61,668 nt of DNA from Candidatus Zixiibacteriota bacterium (lineage in GTDB: Bacteria > Zixibacteria > MSB-5A5 > WJJR01). Position 1 is the stretch's first letter, and the number at the start of each line of letters is the position of its first letter. The notes beneath the pieces are model-generated. The model was not told the DNA's origin and made no database searches. It saw only the letters and a program-made list of their open reading frames with translations. Made by a program: the position numbers and the translations under genes. Shown piece after piece: positions 17,355-27,277 of the stretch. The DNA is taken from assembly GCA_036170655.1 (NCBI GenBank), contig JAVHPP010000003.1, positions 2,741 to 64,408 on the forward strand, written 5' to 3'.

Positions 17355-18458
17355 ATGCCTGTACCCCTGCTGGATCTGACGCGTCAATACCGTGTGCTCA
17401 AGGCCGAGATCGATGACGCAGTGGCCCGCGTTCTCGCGCATGGTAAGTTCATCATGGGGCCCGAGGTCGGTGAATTCGAGCAAGCGGTGGTCCAGAAGCT
17501 GGGTGTCGCTGAAGCCATGGGTGTCGCTTCCGGTTCGGATGCCTTGATACTTGCCTTGCGGGCGGTTGGCGTCGGCAACGGGGATGAAGTCATCGTCCCG
17601 ACATTCTCGTTTTTCGCGACGGCCGGCTCCGTCACTCACGTCGGCGCCACGCCGGTCTTCTGCGACATCAGTGCCGATGATTACAACATCGATCCGGCGC
17701 TGGTGGAGGCGAAGATTACGCCGCGCACGAAGGCCATCATGCCGGTGCATCTTTTTGGTCAGATGCCGGACATGGAACACCTGCGCCGGATCGCGGACAA
17801 GCATCATGTTCCCCTTGTCGAAGATGCCGCTCAGGCGATTGGCGCCTCCTATAAGGGAACGACCGCCGGACGATGGGGACAGGCCGGTTGTTTCTCGTTC
17901 TTTCCGAGCAAGAACTTGGGAGGCGCCGGCGACGGGGGAATGATTATTTCCGACGATCACGAGGTCGCCGAGCGTGTCCGCATACTCCGGACCCATGGCG
18001 CCAAGCCCAAGTATTACCACGGAATCATCGGGTACAATTCCCGCCTCGACACCATCCAAGCGGCCATTCTCACCGTCAAGCTCCCGCACTTAGAAGTGTG
18101 GACCAGCGGGCGGAGAGTGCATGCAGACGTATATGACCGGGAACTGACGGGAGTCGGGGATCTCCGACTTCCCAAACGCACAGTCGGCGCCCAGCACATC
18201 TACAATCAATACACGATCGCCACTTCGCAACGTGATGCGCTGCGTAATCATCTCAAGTCCCGCGGAATCGGCTGTGAAGTCTATTATCCTCTCCCTCTGC
18301 ATCTGCAGAAATGCTTTGCCTCGCTGAACCATTCAGAAGGGGACTTTCCGGTCGCGGAGAGGGCGGCCAAGACTGTTCTCTCGATTCCTATCTATCCGGA
18401 CCTGACAGAAAGCGAGCAGGGGACCGTCATCGGCGCGATCCAAGAATTCTTTGCATGA
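17355..18458 (+). CDS. DegT/DnrJ/EryC1/StrS-family PLP aminotransferase (WbpE-like)
   Basis: VPLLDLTRQY, GSDALILALRA and FSFFPSKNLGGAGDGG (PLP Lys). Confidence 0.88.
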   Translation: MPVPLLDLTRQYRVLKAEIDDAVARVLAHGKFIMGPEVGEFEQAVVQKLGVAEAMGVASGSDALILALRAVGVGNGDEVIVPTFSFFATAGSVTHVGATPVFCDISADDYNIDPALVEAKITPRTKAIMPVHLFGQMPDMEHLRRIADKHHVPLVEDAAQAIGASYKGTTAGRWGQAGCFSFFPSKNLGGAGDGGMIISDDHEVAERVRILRTHGAKPKYYHGIIGYNSRLDTIQAAILTVKLPHLEVWTSGRRVHADVYDRELTGVGDLRLPKRTVGAQHIYNQYTIATSQRDALRNHLKSRGIGCEVYYPLPLHLQKCFASLNHSEGDFPVAERAAKTVLSIPIYPDLTESEQGTVIGAIQEFFA

Positions 18459-19609
18459 ACTTACCCCATGTTGCATCACTCGGATCTGCTGTGCCGTCGC
18501 AGCGGGAGCGGAAGCAACCCCAACGGGCCCCGCGGCCAGTAGTGGTCTCTGTCTTTGGGACGAGACCGCAACTGATCAAGCTCGCGGCCATTTGGGAACT
18601 CCTCGACAAGTGCTTCCACTCAATCCTGATCGACTCGGGACAGCACTACGACTTCAACTTGGCGGATGTGTTTTATGAAGATCAGGGTATCAGGCGTCCG
18701 GATCTCCATCTTGGTGTGAGTCGCGGCACGCCAGGCTCTCAGATTGCCCGCATCGCTGACCTTCTGGACCGGTCACTCAGGCGCCTTAATCCAGCGGCTG
18801 TATTAACATTTGGTGATACGAGCACGACGGCGGGAGCCGCCCTCGCTGCGGCTTACAACAATATTCCCATCGCGCATATTGAAGCCGGGTTGCGATCGTT
18901 CGATCGTTCATCGTCTGAGGAGAAGAACCGCCTGCTGGCCGACCATCTGGCCACTTGGCGCTTCTGCCCGACCATGACAGCGGTCAGAAATCTTCGCCGC
19001 GAGGGAATCACCGAGGGTGTTCATGGCGTGGGGGATATCCTCTACGAATCGTTTCGTCGTGAGCGCCTGGGGCGAGGGCGTTCTCGTGCTCTCGCGGCGT
19101 ATGGCCTCAAGCCAAAGGCATACTACCTGATCACCTGCCATCGGGCCGAAAACGTCGACGATCCGGATCGCCTACGATGTCTTGTCTCCGTGTTGCTCAA
19201 TTTAGGATATCCTGTTGTATTCCCGATCCATCCCCGTGCGCGAAAGAACCTGAAACGACAGCGACTCCTGGCTGGCCTGATGCGCCGTAAGCAGCTCATT
19301 CTCACGCCGCCACTGGGGTACCACCAGACCCTTTCACTGCTGGCAGGCGCTCAGGCTGTGCTGACCGACTCCGGTGGCTTGCAACGGGAGGCCTGCTGGT
19401 TGCAAACGCCCTGTTTGACTCTGCGCGACCGCACCGAGTGGGTAGAAACGGTGCAGTGCGGTGCCAACCGCGTGGTTGATCTTGATCCCGAGAGGGTCAT
19501 GCGGGCGCTGAACCGCCCTTGGAATATCAAAGCCCTGAGGGATCCCTGTTTCCAGCTGAAAGACCCCGCGCGTCGGATCGTCATGCGCCTGGGCCGGGAC
19601 CTGGCGTGA
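18455..19609 (+). CDS. UDP-N-acetylglucosamine 2-epimerase, non-hydrolysing (WecB/WbpI-like)
   Basis: VFGTRPQLIKLA, HIEAGLRSFD and TDSGGLQREA motifs. ATGA overlap with the upstream gene. Confidence 0.85.
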   Translation: MNLPHVASLGSAVPSQRERKQPQRAPRPVVVSVFGTRPQLIKLAAIWELLDKCFHSILIDSGQHYDFNLADVFYEDQGIRRPDLHLGVSRGTPGSQIARIADLLDRSLRRLNPAAVLTFGDTSTTAGAALAAAYNNIPIAHIEAGLRSFDRSSSEEKNRLLADHLATWRFCPTMTAVRNLRREGITEGVHGVGDILYESFRRERLGRGRSRALAAYGLKPKAYYLITCHRAENVDDPDRLRCLVSVLLNLGYPVVFPIHPRARKNLKRQRLLAGLMRRKQLILTPPLGYHQTLSLLAGAQAVLTDSGGLQREACWLQTPCLTLRDRTEWVETVQCGANRVVDLDPERVMRALNRPWNIKALRDPCFQLKDPARRIVMRLGRDLA

Positions 19610-19660
19610 ACTGATTTCAATTCTTTCGTCCGTGGATAGACTCAACCGCTCCGTCCTGGC

Positions 19661-21184
19661 ATGAAATCGACATCCCTTCGTCACGCCGGATTGATCCTGA
19701 TCTTTACGGCCGTTCTCGCCAAGTGCATTGGATTTCTCCGGGAAGCCGTGATTGCCGCAACCTATGGGACATCACAGACGGTCGATCTCTATCTGTCTGC
19801 CGCCACGATTCCCGCGCTGGCGGCGACAGTCCTTTATCACTCGATTCCCAATGCCTTTGTCCCTCTTTACTCAGTCGGAACACCCGGACAGCGCGCGCGA
19901 AAAGCGGCATGGGTTGTCCTCGCCATCATGCTGCTGGTCACGCTTGCCATGTGGTTCTTCGCGGAATATCTCGTGTACCTGACGGGCGCAGGCTTTTCCG
20001 CTGCCGTGCGCGGCGAAGCGGCTACGCTATTCCGTGTGTCTTCCGTCGCCGTGGCCCTGGCGACCGTTGAGGCCTTGTCCCGCAGCCGGCTTCTGGCGCG
20101 TAAACAGTTTCTTCAGCCAGGCCTGTCATCCATGTGGCAAAGCATCGCGATGATCGTTGCTGTGGTCATGAGCCCCACGGATGGTGCGCGCACGCTGACT
20201 TGGGGTTTTGTCGCAGGCAATGCCGCTTCCGCCATCTGGAATCTTGTGCCGTTTCGGCGCTCTGTCGCCGAAACTGGTAAAGACTCGACGCTGCCTTTGG
20301 CGCGACCCCAGTCCGATGGTCTGGGGATCTGGATCGCGCTGGTGCTCCTCGTGGACACCATCCCGCAATTCTATGCCCTGATCGACCGACAATTCGGATC
20401 ATTTCTGCCCGCAGGCTCGATTGCCGCTCTGCAATACGCCAACCTCGTGGCCATACTGCCTCAATCGATCTTCAGCGTGGCGGTGGGGATGGCCATCTTC
20501 CCCTATCTGTCCGAGTCGATCCAATCGGGTGATCACGCGCGGGCAGGCGATATTCTTGATAGGGCGTTTCGCTGGTCGATGATTGCCGTGGTCCCGCTGG
20601 CGGTCCTTCTGATGGTCTTCAACAGCGACATCATCCGCCTCTTGTACGAGCGTGGCGTTTTCAATGCAGAGTCCCGACGAATGACCGCATCGATCCTGTT
20701 CCTCTACAGTCTTTCCATCGTGCCCAACGTATTCATGGCAGTCGCGGCGAAAGTTTTCTATTCTTCACGCCGATGGGGACCAATTCTGCTGGCCGCCGTC
20801 GCCAGCGTGGCGATCAAGTATCTGCTGAGTCTGATCTGGCGGGAATCCTATGGCGTGCAGGGAATAGCGGCGGCAACGACCGTGGGGTCTGTGATCGGCG
20901 CGGCGATTCTCTTTCTTGCGCTCCCCCACTGGGTCACTGTGGGCAAGCTGAGAGGATGGGGACGGTACATTGTGGTGCCCGGTTCCCTCGTCTTGGCCGG
21001 CTCCCTGCCGGGATGGTTTGTCATGAGCCATGTACCCGGCGCTGAGACGATAACAGCCGCCGTGGCGAGAGTCGTGCTGGGTGTCCTGATCGGCGGCCTG
21101 CTGCTCGTGCTGGCCGGGCCACGCTTGGGGATTCCAGAACTGGCGCAATTGCGGCTTGGGGCAATCAAACGACTTGACCGGTAA
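19661..21184 (+). CDS. murJ: MurJ/MviN-family (MOP superfamily) flippase
   Basis: N-terminus LAKCIGFLREAVIAATYGTSQTVDLYLSA, about 14 TM segments, 507 aa. Confidence 0.75.
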   Translation: MKSTSLRHAGLILIFTAVLAKCIGFLREAVIAATYGTSQTVDLYLSAATIPALAATVLYHSIPNAFVPLYSVGTPGQRARKAAWVVLAIMLLVTLAMWFFAEYLVYLTGAGFSAAVRGEAATLFRVSSVAVALATVEALSRSRLLARKQFLQPGLSSMWQSIAMIVAVVMSPTDGARTLTWGFVAGNAASAIWNLVPFRRSVAETGKDSTLPLARPQSDGLGIWIALVLLVDTIPQFYALIDRQFGSFLPAGSIAALQYANLVAILPQSIFSVAVGMAIFPYLSESIQSGDHARAGDILDRAFRWSMIAVVPLAVLLMVFNSDIIRLLYERGVFNAESRRMTASILFLYSLSIVPNVFMAVAAKVFYSSRRWGPILLAAVASVAIKYLLSLIWRESYGVQGIAAATTVGSVIGAAILFLALPHWVTVGKLRGWGRYIVVPGSLVLAGSLPGWFVMSHVPGAETITAAVARVVLGVLIGGLLLVLAGPRLGIPELAQLRLGAIKRLDR

Positions 21185-21216
21185 ATTGGCCCAATGTCCG
21201 ATGGAGTTCACTTCCC

Positions 21217-22404
21217 ATGCATGCAATGAATGAGTCTGTCGACACGCTCCTCCTCGTGCATCTGGCCGGAGAATGGGATACCTTTCATCGGCGGTATCTG
21301 CTCTTGGCTCTGGCAAAGAGCCTCCCGGCAAACGCAGCCATGGTGTGTGTCAACCGGCCGATCACAGTCGATGTGACTTCATGGAAGTATCCGCGGAAGT
21401 TCTGGACGGGGGTCTGGCTCACTCGCGTTCAAATCGAGACCCCAAGACTGTGTGTGATCACACCGAGGATGCCATCGCATGAAATGATCGCCTCAAGAAT
21501 ACCGGGAATGGCCCGTGTCAACCGGGCGCTGATTCGTACTCAACTCGTACGATTCATTGACAGCCACTTTCCGCGTGTCCAAAAGGTCATTCACTGGCTC
21601 TACCACCCTGTGCAGACTTGGGTGACCGGTACGGTCGATCATTCGGGTATCGTCTACGAATGCTACGACGAATACTCGCGGACCCCGCTCGGCAAGCCCG
21701 CTCTATGGGACGCGCAAGCCGAGGACAGGCTCCTGCAGATGTCGGACATCACATTCGCGACATCCCGTGCGCTCGTCGAATCTCGCCGGAGAGTCGGCAA
21801 CCGCGTTCTGTTCCTGCCCAACGGTGTGGCGTCGTCTTTTTTCGCCACTCCACTCATCTCGGCGGATGCGATCGATGCAATTCCCCGTCCGCGGATTGGG
21901 TGTCTGGGTACAGTTCGCGAGTTGTTGGACTTCACCTTGTTGGAAGAGATCTTCTCCCGCAATCCTGAGTGGAACCTTGTCTTCATCGGTCCGGTTCATC
22001 CCAAGGCTTCGATCCATTCGATCGCGAGACTGAAAAACGTTCATTTTCTCGGTCAACGGCAGTACGACTCCCTTCCTGGCGTTCTGAAGCGACTCGACGT
22101 GGGGCTTATTCCGCACGCGGACAATGAGTACACCCGCGCGGTCAATCCCATGCGCCTTTATGAATACGGCGCCGTGGGATTGCCCGTCGTCTCAACCCCG
22201 CTTCCAGAAGTTCAGCGCTTCGCAGGCGTTATCACCATTGCTCCAGCCGAGAGCGGGGCATTTGCACGCGGAATCAGGGAGACTCTCGACTCCGACCGTG
22301 AAGTTCTCTCCCGTGCACTCCGTGCAGCGGTCAGGGAGTATTCTTGGGAGACAATTGTCGAAAAGCGCGTTCTGCCTGCACTGCGCGAAGTGTTTCACTT
22401 CTGA
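21217..22404 (+). CDS. glycosyltransferase (GT-B fold, GT4-like)
   Basis: C-terminal LYEYGAVGLPVVSTPLPEV, an E-x7-E-type region. Confidence 0.65.
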   Translation: MHAMNESVDTLLLVHLAGEWDTFHRRYLLLALAKSLPANAAMVCVNRPITVDVTSWKYPRKFWTGVWLTRVQIETPRLCVITPRMPSHEMIASRIPGMARVNRALIRTQLVRFIDSHFPRVQKVIHWLYHPVQTWVTGTVDHSGIVYECYDEYSRTPLGKPALWDAQAEDRLLQMSDITFATSRALVESRRRVGNRVLFLPNGVASSFFATPLISADAIDAIPRPRIGCLGTVRELLDFTLLEEIFSRNPEWNLVFIGPVHPKASIHSIARLKNVHFLGQRQYDSLPGVLKRLDVGLIPHADNEYTRAVNPMRLYEYGAVGLPVVSTPLPEVQRFAGVITIAPAESGAFARGIRETLDSDREVLSRALRAAVREYSWETIVEKRVLPALREVFHF

Positions 22405-22420
22405 TTGGCTTCCTTTTGTG

Positions 22421-23464
22421 ATGGTGGACCAAACGTCTCAGACCAAGCCCCGGCGGCGAAATCGTGTCCTGCTGGTTGCACCAAGATTGGTGGCGACTTT
22501 CACACGGCAGGATCTGCGGATTCTCCAGACAGAGTTCGAGGCGGTCCTGTTCCCGTTCCAGGGTCTGTCATCTCTGCCCGCATTGCGCCACGAGATCAAG
22601 GCCGCTGATGTGGTTGTCATCTGGTTCGCCGGTCGACATGCGGCTCCGGCTGTCTGGTTTGCGGGACGCGCTGGCATTCCTGTCGTGACCATCGTCGGTG
22701 GTTACGAGGCCGCGTGGGTGCCGGAAATCGGTTACGGGATTCCGCCGCGCTCCCTCCACGCTCGCATCATAAACTGGGTTCTGAAGCATTCAGCGCAAGT
22801 GTTCTCGGTCTCCCTTGACTCCGATCGCGACCTCAAACGACACTACCCCAATGTGGCAGGCAAGGTGAGGTTGATATACAACGCGGTTGATACGTCAGTG
22901 TATAGAACCCAGATGACGAGTCAACGCCACGGTGTCCTCAGCGTTGGTTCGATTGCCAGTGGCACGTTGGCGAATAAGGGATGGACCCTCTTCTGGCAAA
23001 CCGCAGCCGCCATGCCTGATATCTCCTTCATTGCCGTTGGGCCAGTGGCAGATCAGGCCGGCCGGGACATGGTTTCGCATTGCCTGCCCAACCTGTCATG
23101 GCTGGGGGAACTCAGAGGCGATGATCTGCTCTGTCAGTACCAGATGGCTTCAGTCTACTTCCAGGGTTCAGTTCATGAAAGCTTCAGTTTGGCCACCGCC
23201 GAAGCCATGTCCTGTGGCTGCATCCCCGTCGTTTCGCACAATGGCGCCCTGCCCGAGGTGGTGGGGGATGCCGGGTTCTATCTGGATGATCTGTCGGTGC
23301 CGTCCGCCGTCAAGGCCATCCGTGAAGCGCTCAACGCGCCACCCGAAGGACGGCACACGGCACGACAACGGATTGTCGACAATTTTGACGTCGAGCAGCG
23401 GCGTCTGGCCCTCTGTGCTCTGGTCCATGAAGTGATTCAAACCAATCCGGTGCACAACAGATGA
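22421..23464 (+). CDS. glycosyltransferase family 4
   Basis: ESFSLATAEAMSCGCIPVVSHNGALPEVVGDAG. The start is the first ATG after the upstream stop. Confidence 0.8.
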   Translation: MVDQTSQTKPRRRNRVLLVAPRLVATFTRQDLRILQTEFEAVLFPFQGLSSLPALRHEIKAADVVVIWFAGRHAAPAVWFAGRAGIPVVTIVGGYEAAWVPEIGYGIPPRSLHARIINWVLKHSAQVFSVSLDSDRDLKRHYPNVAGKVRLIYNAVDTSVYRTQMTSQRHGVLSVGSIASGTLANKGWTLFWQTAAAMPDISFIAVGPVADQAGRDMVSHCLPNLSWLGELRGDDLLCQYQMASVYFQGSVHESFSLATAEAMSCGCIPVVSHNGALPEVVGDAGFYLDDLSVPSAVKAIREALNAPPEGRHTARQRIVDNFDVEQRRLALCALVHEVIQTNPVHNR

Positions 23465-23531
23465 CTCGCGGCGGGCGCCCCGCCACCCGTTTTCACTGGT
23501 CAAAACACCGTTCTCCGAGTATCATGACTAT

Positions 23532-25886
23532 ATGGTGCAGGCGGTGTCCCTCGAAGGCGTCTTGAAGGCGTGCCTATGCCGGGTCGGACGGTGGCGCTGG
23601 ATCATCTGGGATCTGGTGGCCATTCAGGGCGCCTTTGCGATTGTTCTCTGGCTCAGGTTCTACTCCAGCAGGCCAGAAGCGGCGGCGACCGCCACGCCGG
23701 CTGAGTACTTGAGCCCGGCCTGGTGGATCTCCGTTGGGTGGCTTTTGATCTTTGCCATTTTCGGGCTGTACCGAACCGGTGGTTTTGCCTCGGTGACAGC
23801 CGAACTCACGCGTTTATTCCACGCCGTGACCTTTGGTACTCTGCTGCTGGCTGTCCTCACCTTCGACCCGACACACTCGTTCACCGAGCCGCGCACGGTC
23901 TTGGTGGGATATTGGGGTGCATTGCTGATTCTTCTGGGTGGGGGACGCCTTCTGCCATCCTTGCGATCCAGCCCCGCTGACCGTGACGAAGCAGTGGGCA
24001 TCAGTGGACGGCGACTGATGATGGTTGGGACAGATGCCGGGTTGGTGGTCGTGTCGTACTATGCCGCGTTTTGGCTGCGTTTCGATGGCCATATTCCGTC
24101 CGATGCGATGGCCGCCTTCTGGAACACTCTCCCGCTCGTATTTCTGGTGCGCATCGCCGCCTTCATTTATTTTCGGCTTTACTCGGCAGTGTGGCGGTAT
24201 GCATCGATCAATGATCTGAGTTCTATCCTGAAGGGGGTTTCTGCCGGAACAGGAATCCTCGTTCTCCCCGTCTTCTTCTTTGGCGTCCCCGGTTACCCGC
24301 GGTCGGTCTTCCTGATCGATTGGTTCCTGATGGTGATCCTGCTGGGAGGAGACCGTTTTGCGCTGCGGGCTGTGCGTGAGCTGACCCCCCGGTACCTGCG
24401 CGGAAGGCGCCGAATCATGATTGTGGGAGCCGGTGATGCCGGGGAAATGCTGGTGCGCGAGCTTATCAAGAGTCCGGGGACCATGGTTCCCGTCGCTCTC
24501 ATTGACTCGGATCCCCAGAAGCATGGAGCGCGTTTGCACGGTGTCCCGATCGTTGGCGATGAGACACAACTGCTGACCGCGGTCAAGCGGTACCGTGTCG
24601 CGGAGATCCTGATTGCCATTCCCTCGGCGACCGGACGCCAGATGCGCAAGATCGTCACGCTTTGCGCGGGGACGGGGTTGCCATTCAAGACTGTGCCGTC
24701 ACTTCGGGAGATTCTCAAAGGACCGGTCAGCGTTGGCCAGGCGCGGGCGGTCCAAGTGGAAGATCTGCTACGCCGCGCCCCCGTCGAGACGGATCCCTCC
24801 ACGCTCGCGCAATTGTTGGCGGGACGGCGTGTCATGGTAACCGGTGCGGCGGGGTCAATCGGCAGCGAACTGGCCCGCCGTATCGTGACGTTCGGACCGG
24901 CCGATTTGCTGCTCGTCGATCGTGCCGAGAACGCCATGCACGATCTCTTGGAGGAGTTGTCCCGTAACGGCCATGCGGGAGTGGTCAAGGGTTTCCTGGT
25001 AGACATCACGGATCGCGCTCGGTTTCATCGGCGATTCTCCGGGTGTGTCCCCGACGTTATTTTTCACGCGGCCGCCAGCAAGCAGGTGCCTCTGTCCGAA
25101 GACTTCCCCGATGTCGTCGTTCTCAACAACATCGGCGGATCGCGTTTCCTGATGGATTGGTCGCTCGAGCGCAGGGTCGAGACTTTTGTGAATATCTCCA
25201 CCGACAAAGCCGTGTGTCCCCGAAGTGTCATGGGTGCCACCAAACGGGCGGCTGAACTGCTGGCACTCCGGCGCGCTGAAGAAGAGAAGACGAAGTTTGT
25301 CAGCGTCCGTTTCGGCAACGTTCTGGGCTCGAACGGCTCTGTCGTGCCGCTCTTTGAACGACAGATTCGCGCCGGTGGTCCGGTCACCGTCACCCATCCC
25401 GATGTCTCACGCTACTTCATGACCATCGGCGAGGCGGCTCTACTCGTCTTGCAGGCGGCGGCGATCGGCCGAAACGGGCAACTTCTGGTTTTGGATATGG
25501 GTGAGCCGATCCGCGTCGTGGACCTGGCACGGAATTTGATCGCGCTGTCCGGGCTCCGTCCTGATTGTGACATTGCCATCACGTTCACGGGGCTGCGGCC
25601 AGGCGAGAAGATGGAGGAAGACCTGTTCGGTCCTGATGTCACGCCGCGGCGGTCGGCCAACGATAAGATCTGGATGATCGATGCCGTCGACGATGCATCG
25701 CCCGACTTCGAATCCCGTATCACCGATTTGCTGTCCGTAGCCCGTGAGGGCGACCGTGCGAAGACTCTTGAGCTCTTGGCGCAAGTCATTCCCGGGTATG
25801 CTCCTCAGACGAACGACGGCCCGAAGCTCCGCGACATGTTTCCCCAGATGTCGGGTCATCCACTCCCACGAGATGCGAGAGAGTAG
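23532..25886 (+). CDS. membrane-anchored polysaccharide biosynthesis protein CapD/WbpM/PglF-like (UDP-GlcNAc 4,6-dehydratase family)
   Basis: N-terminal TM helices, then two Rossmann motifs (IMIVGAGDAG and VMVTGAAGSIGSEL) and YGATKRAAE-like MGATKRAAE. Confidence 0.85.
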   Translation: MVQAVSLEGVLKACLCRVGRWRWIIWDLVAIQGAFAIVLWLRFYSSRPEAAATATPAEYLSPAWWISVGWLLIFAIFGLYRTGGFASVTAELTRLFHAVTFGTLLLAVLTFDPTHSFTEPRTVLVGYWGALLILLGGGRLLPSLRSSPADRDEAVGISGRRLMMVGTDAGLVVVSYYAAFWLRFDGHIPSDAMAAFWNTLPLVFLVRIAAFIYFRLYSAVWRYASINDLSSILKGVSAGTGILVLPVFFFGVPGYPRSVFLIDWFLMVILLGGDRFALRAVRELTPRYLRGRRRIMIVGAGDAGEMLVRELIKSPGTMVPVALIDSDPQKHGARLHGVPIVGDETQLLTAVKRYRVAEILIAIPSATGRQMRKIVTLCAGTGLPFKTVPSLREILKGPVSVGQARAVQVEDLLRRAPVETDPSTLAQLLAGRRVMVTGAAGSIGSELARRIVTFGPADLLLVDRAENAMHDLLEELSRNGHAGVVKGFLVDITDRARFHRRFSGCVPDVIFHAAASKQVPLSEDFPDVVVLNNIGGSRFLMDWSLERRVETFVNISTDKAVCPRSVMGATKRAAELLALRRAEEEKTKFVSVRFGNVLGSNGSVVPLFERQIRAGGPVTVTHPDVSRYFMTIGEAALLVLQAAAIGRNGQLLVLDMGEPIRVVDLARNLIALSGLRPDCDIAITFTGLRPGEKMEEDLFGPDVTPRRSANDKIWMIDAVDDASPDFESRITDLLSVAREGDRAKTLELLAQVIPGYAPQTNDGPKLRDMFPQMSGHPLPRDARE

Positions 25887-25957
25887 AGGGCGGGAATAGT
25901 GCGTTCCCGATGTCAATGTGACGATTTCTGCTCGAAGGGAGGGTTTGAGAGATACCT

Positions 25958-27220
25958 ATGCTCGATCTGAAATTCATCCGTGAGAATGTTGACGTGGTCC
26001 GGCGCGCGATCGCTGACAAGCACGAGACAGATTGTGTCGATGAACTGATGGCGCTGGATGCACGTCGGCGTCAGATCATCGGTGACGTTGAAACACTCAA
26101 GCACGAGAAGAATGTCGCCTCGGAGAATATCGCCAAGGCCAAGAAGGCCGGAACCGACACCAACCCGGCCATTGCATCGCTCCGCATTTTGTCGGATCGG
26201 ACGCAGTCTCTGGATGAAACGCTGCGCCAAGTCGAAGATCAAATCCTCCAGTGCCAACTGCGGATACCGAATCTCCCGCACCCCGATGTCCCCGTCGGTG
26301 ATGAGTCCGCCAACCGGGACGTGCGTTTCTGGGGGGAAAAGCCGGTCTTGTCTTTCAAACCCGCCCCACACTGGGAATTGGGAGAAGCGCTGGCCATCTA
26401 CGATGGCGCCGCCGGCGCCAACGTGTCTGGCAGCGGATTCTTTGCGCTTCGTGGGGCCGGGGCCAAGATGCAACGCGCGTTGATTAACTTCATGCTGGAT
26501 CGCCATGCGGCCCATGGCTACCTCGAACACCGTCTCCCGTACCTTGTCACTGCTCGCACGATGCAGGGGACGGGACAGTTGCCCAAGCTGGCGGCGGACA
26601 TGTACCGGGTTGAAGCCGATGATCTGTACCTGATTCCCACGGCGGAAGTCCCGCTGACCAATCTGTCCGCCGGGTCGATAATCGACGCCGAAAGCCTCCC
26701 GCGCCGCTTCGTCGCGTATACGCCGTGCTTCCGTCGCGAAGCGGGTGCGCATGGGAAAGACACGCGGGGAATGATCCGCGTCCATCAGTTCGACAAAGTG
26801 GAACTGGTCAAAATCGTCGCCCCGGACCAGTCGGAGAAGGAACTCGAATCTCTGGTCGCGGATGCCGAGGCGGTCCTGCAGGCGCTGAAACTCCCGTACC
26901 GGGTCAAACTGCTGGCGACGGGGGATCTGTCATTCGCCGCGGCCAAATGTTACGATCTGGAAGTGTACGCGGCTGGCGTGGATGCATGGCTGGAAGTCTC
27001 CTCCTGCTCAAACTTCAATGATTTCCAATCCCGGCGGATGAATCTCCGTGCCCGGTCCAAAGGCGGCAAGCCCTTCTTCCCGCATACGCTCAATGGTTCC
27101 GGGCTGGCGCTGCCGCGGACAGTGATTGCCGTCTGGGAAAACTACCAGACGGAGAGAGGAACCATCCGTGTGCCCGATGTTCTGGTCCCCTACATGGGTG
27201 GGCAGATAGAAATTCTCTGA
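25958..27220 (+). CDS. serS: seryl-tRNA synthetase
   Basis: MLDLKFIRENVD N-terminal coiled coil; class II motifs FRREAGAHGKDTRGMIRVHQFDKVE and LNGSGLALPRT. Confidence 0.95.
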   Translation: MLDLKFIRENVDVVRRAIADKHETDCVDELMALDARRRQIIGDVETLKHEKNVASENIAKAKKAGTDTNPAIASLRILSDRTQSLDETLRQVEDQILQCQLRIPNLPHPDVPVGDESANRDVRFWGEKPVLSFKPAPHWELGEALAIYDGAAGANVSGSGFFALRGAGAKMQRALINFMLDRHAAHGYLEHRLPYLVTARTMQGTGQLPKLAADMYRVEADDLYLIPTAEVPLTNLSAGSIIDAESLPRRFVAYTPCFRREAGAHGKDTRGMIRVHQFDKVELVKIVAPDQSEKELESLVADAEAVLQALKLPYRVKLLATGDLSFAAAKCYDLEVYAAGVDAWLEVSSCSNFNDFQSRRMNLRARSKGGKPFFPHTLNGSGLALPRTVIAVWENYQTERGTIRVPDVLVPYMGGQIEIL

Positions 27221-27277
27221 GTCCGGCATCGAACACACCACCGGTGGTTTCCCTTGAAACGATCCCAGGTCCTGACC

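Noticed and set aside
16398-18089. 563-aa minus-strand ORF antisense to the acetyltransferase and aminotransferase genes
   Set aside because: It has the same high-GC antisense artefact signature (Arg/Gly/Asp-rich, no domains). The + strand genes carry clear family motifs.
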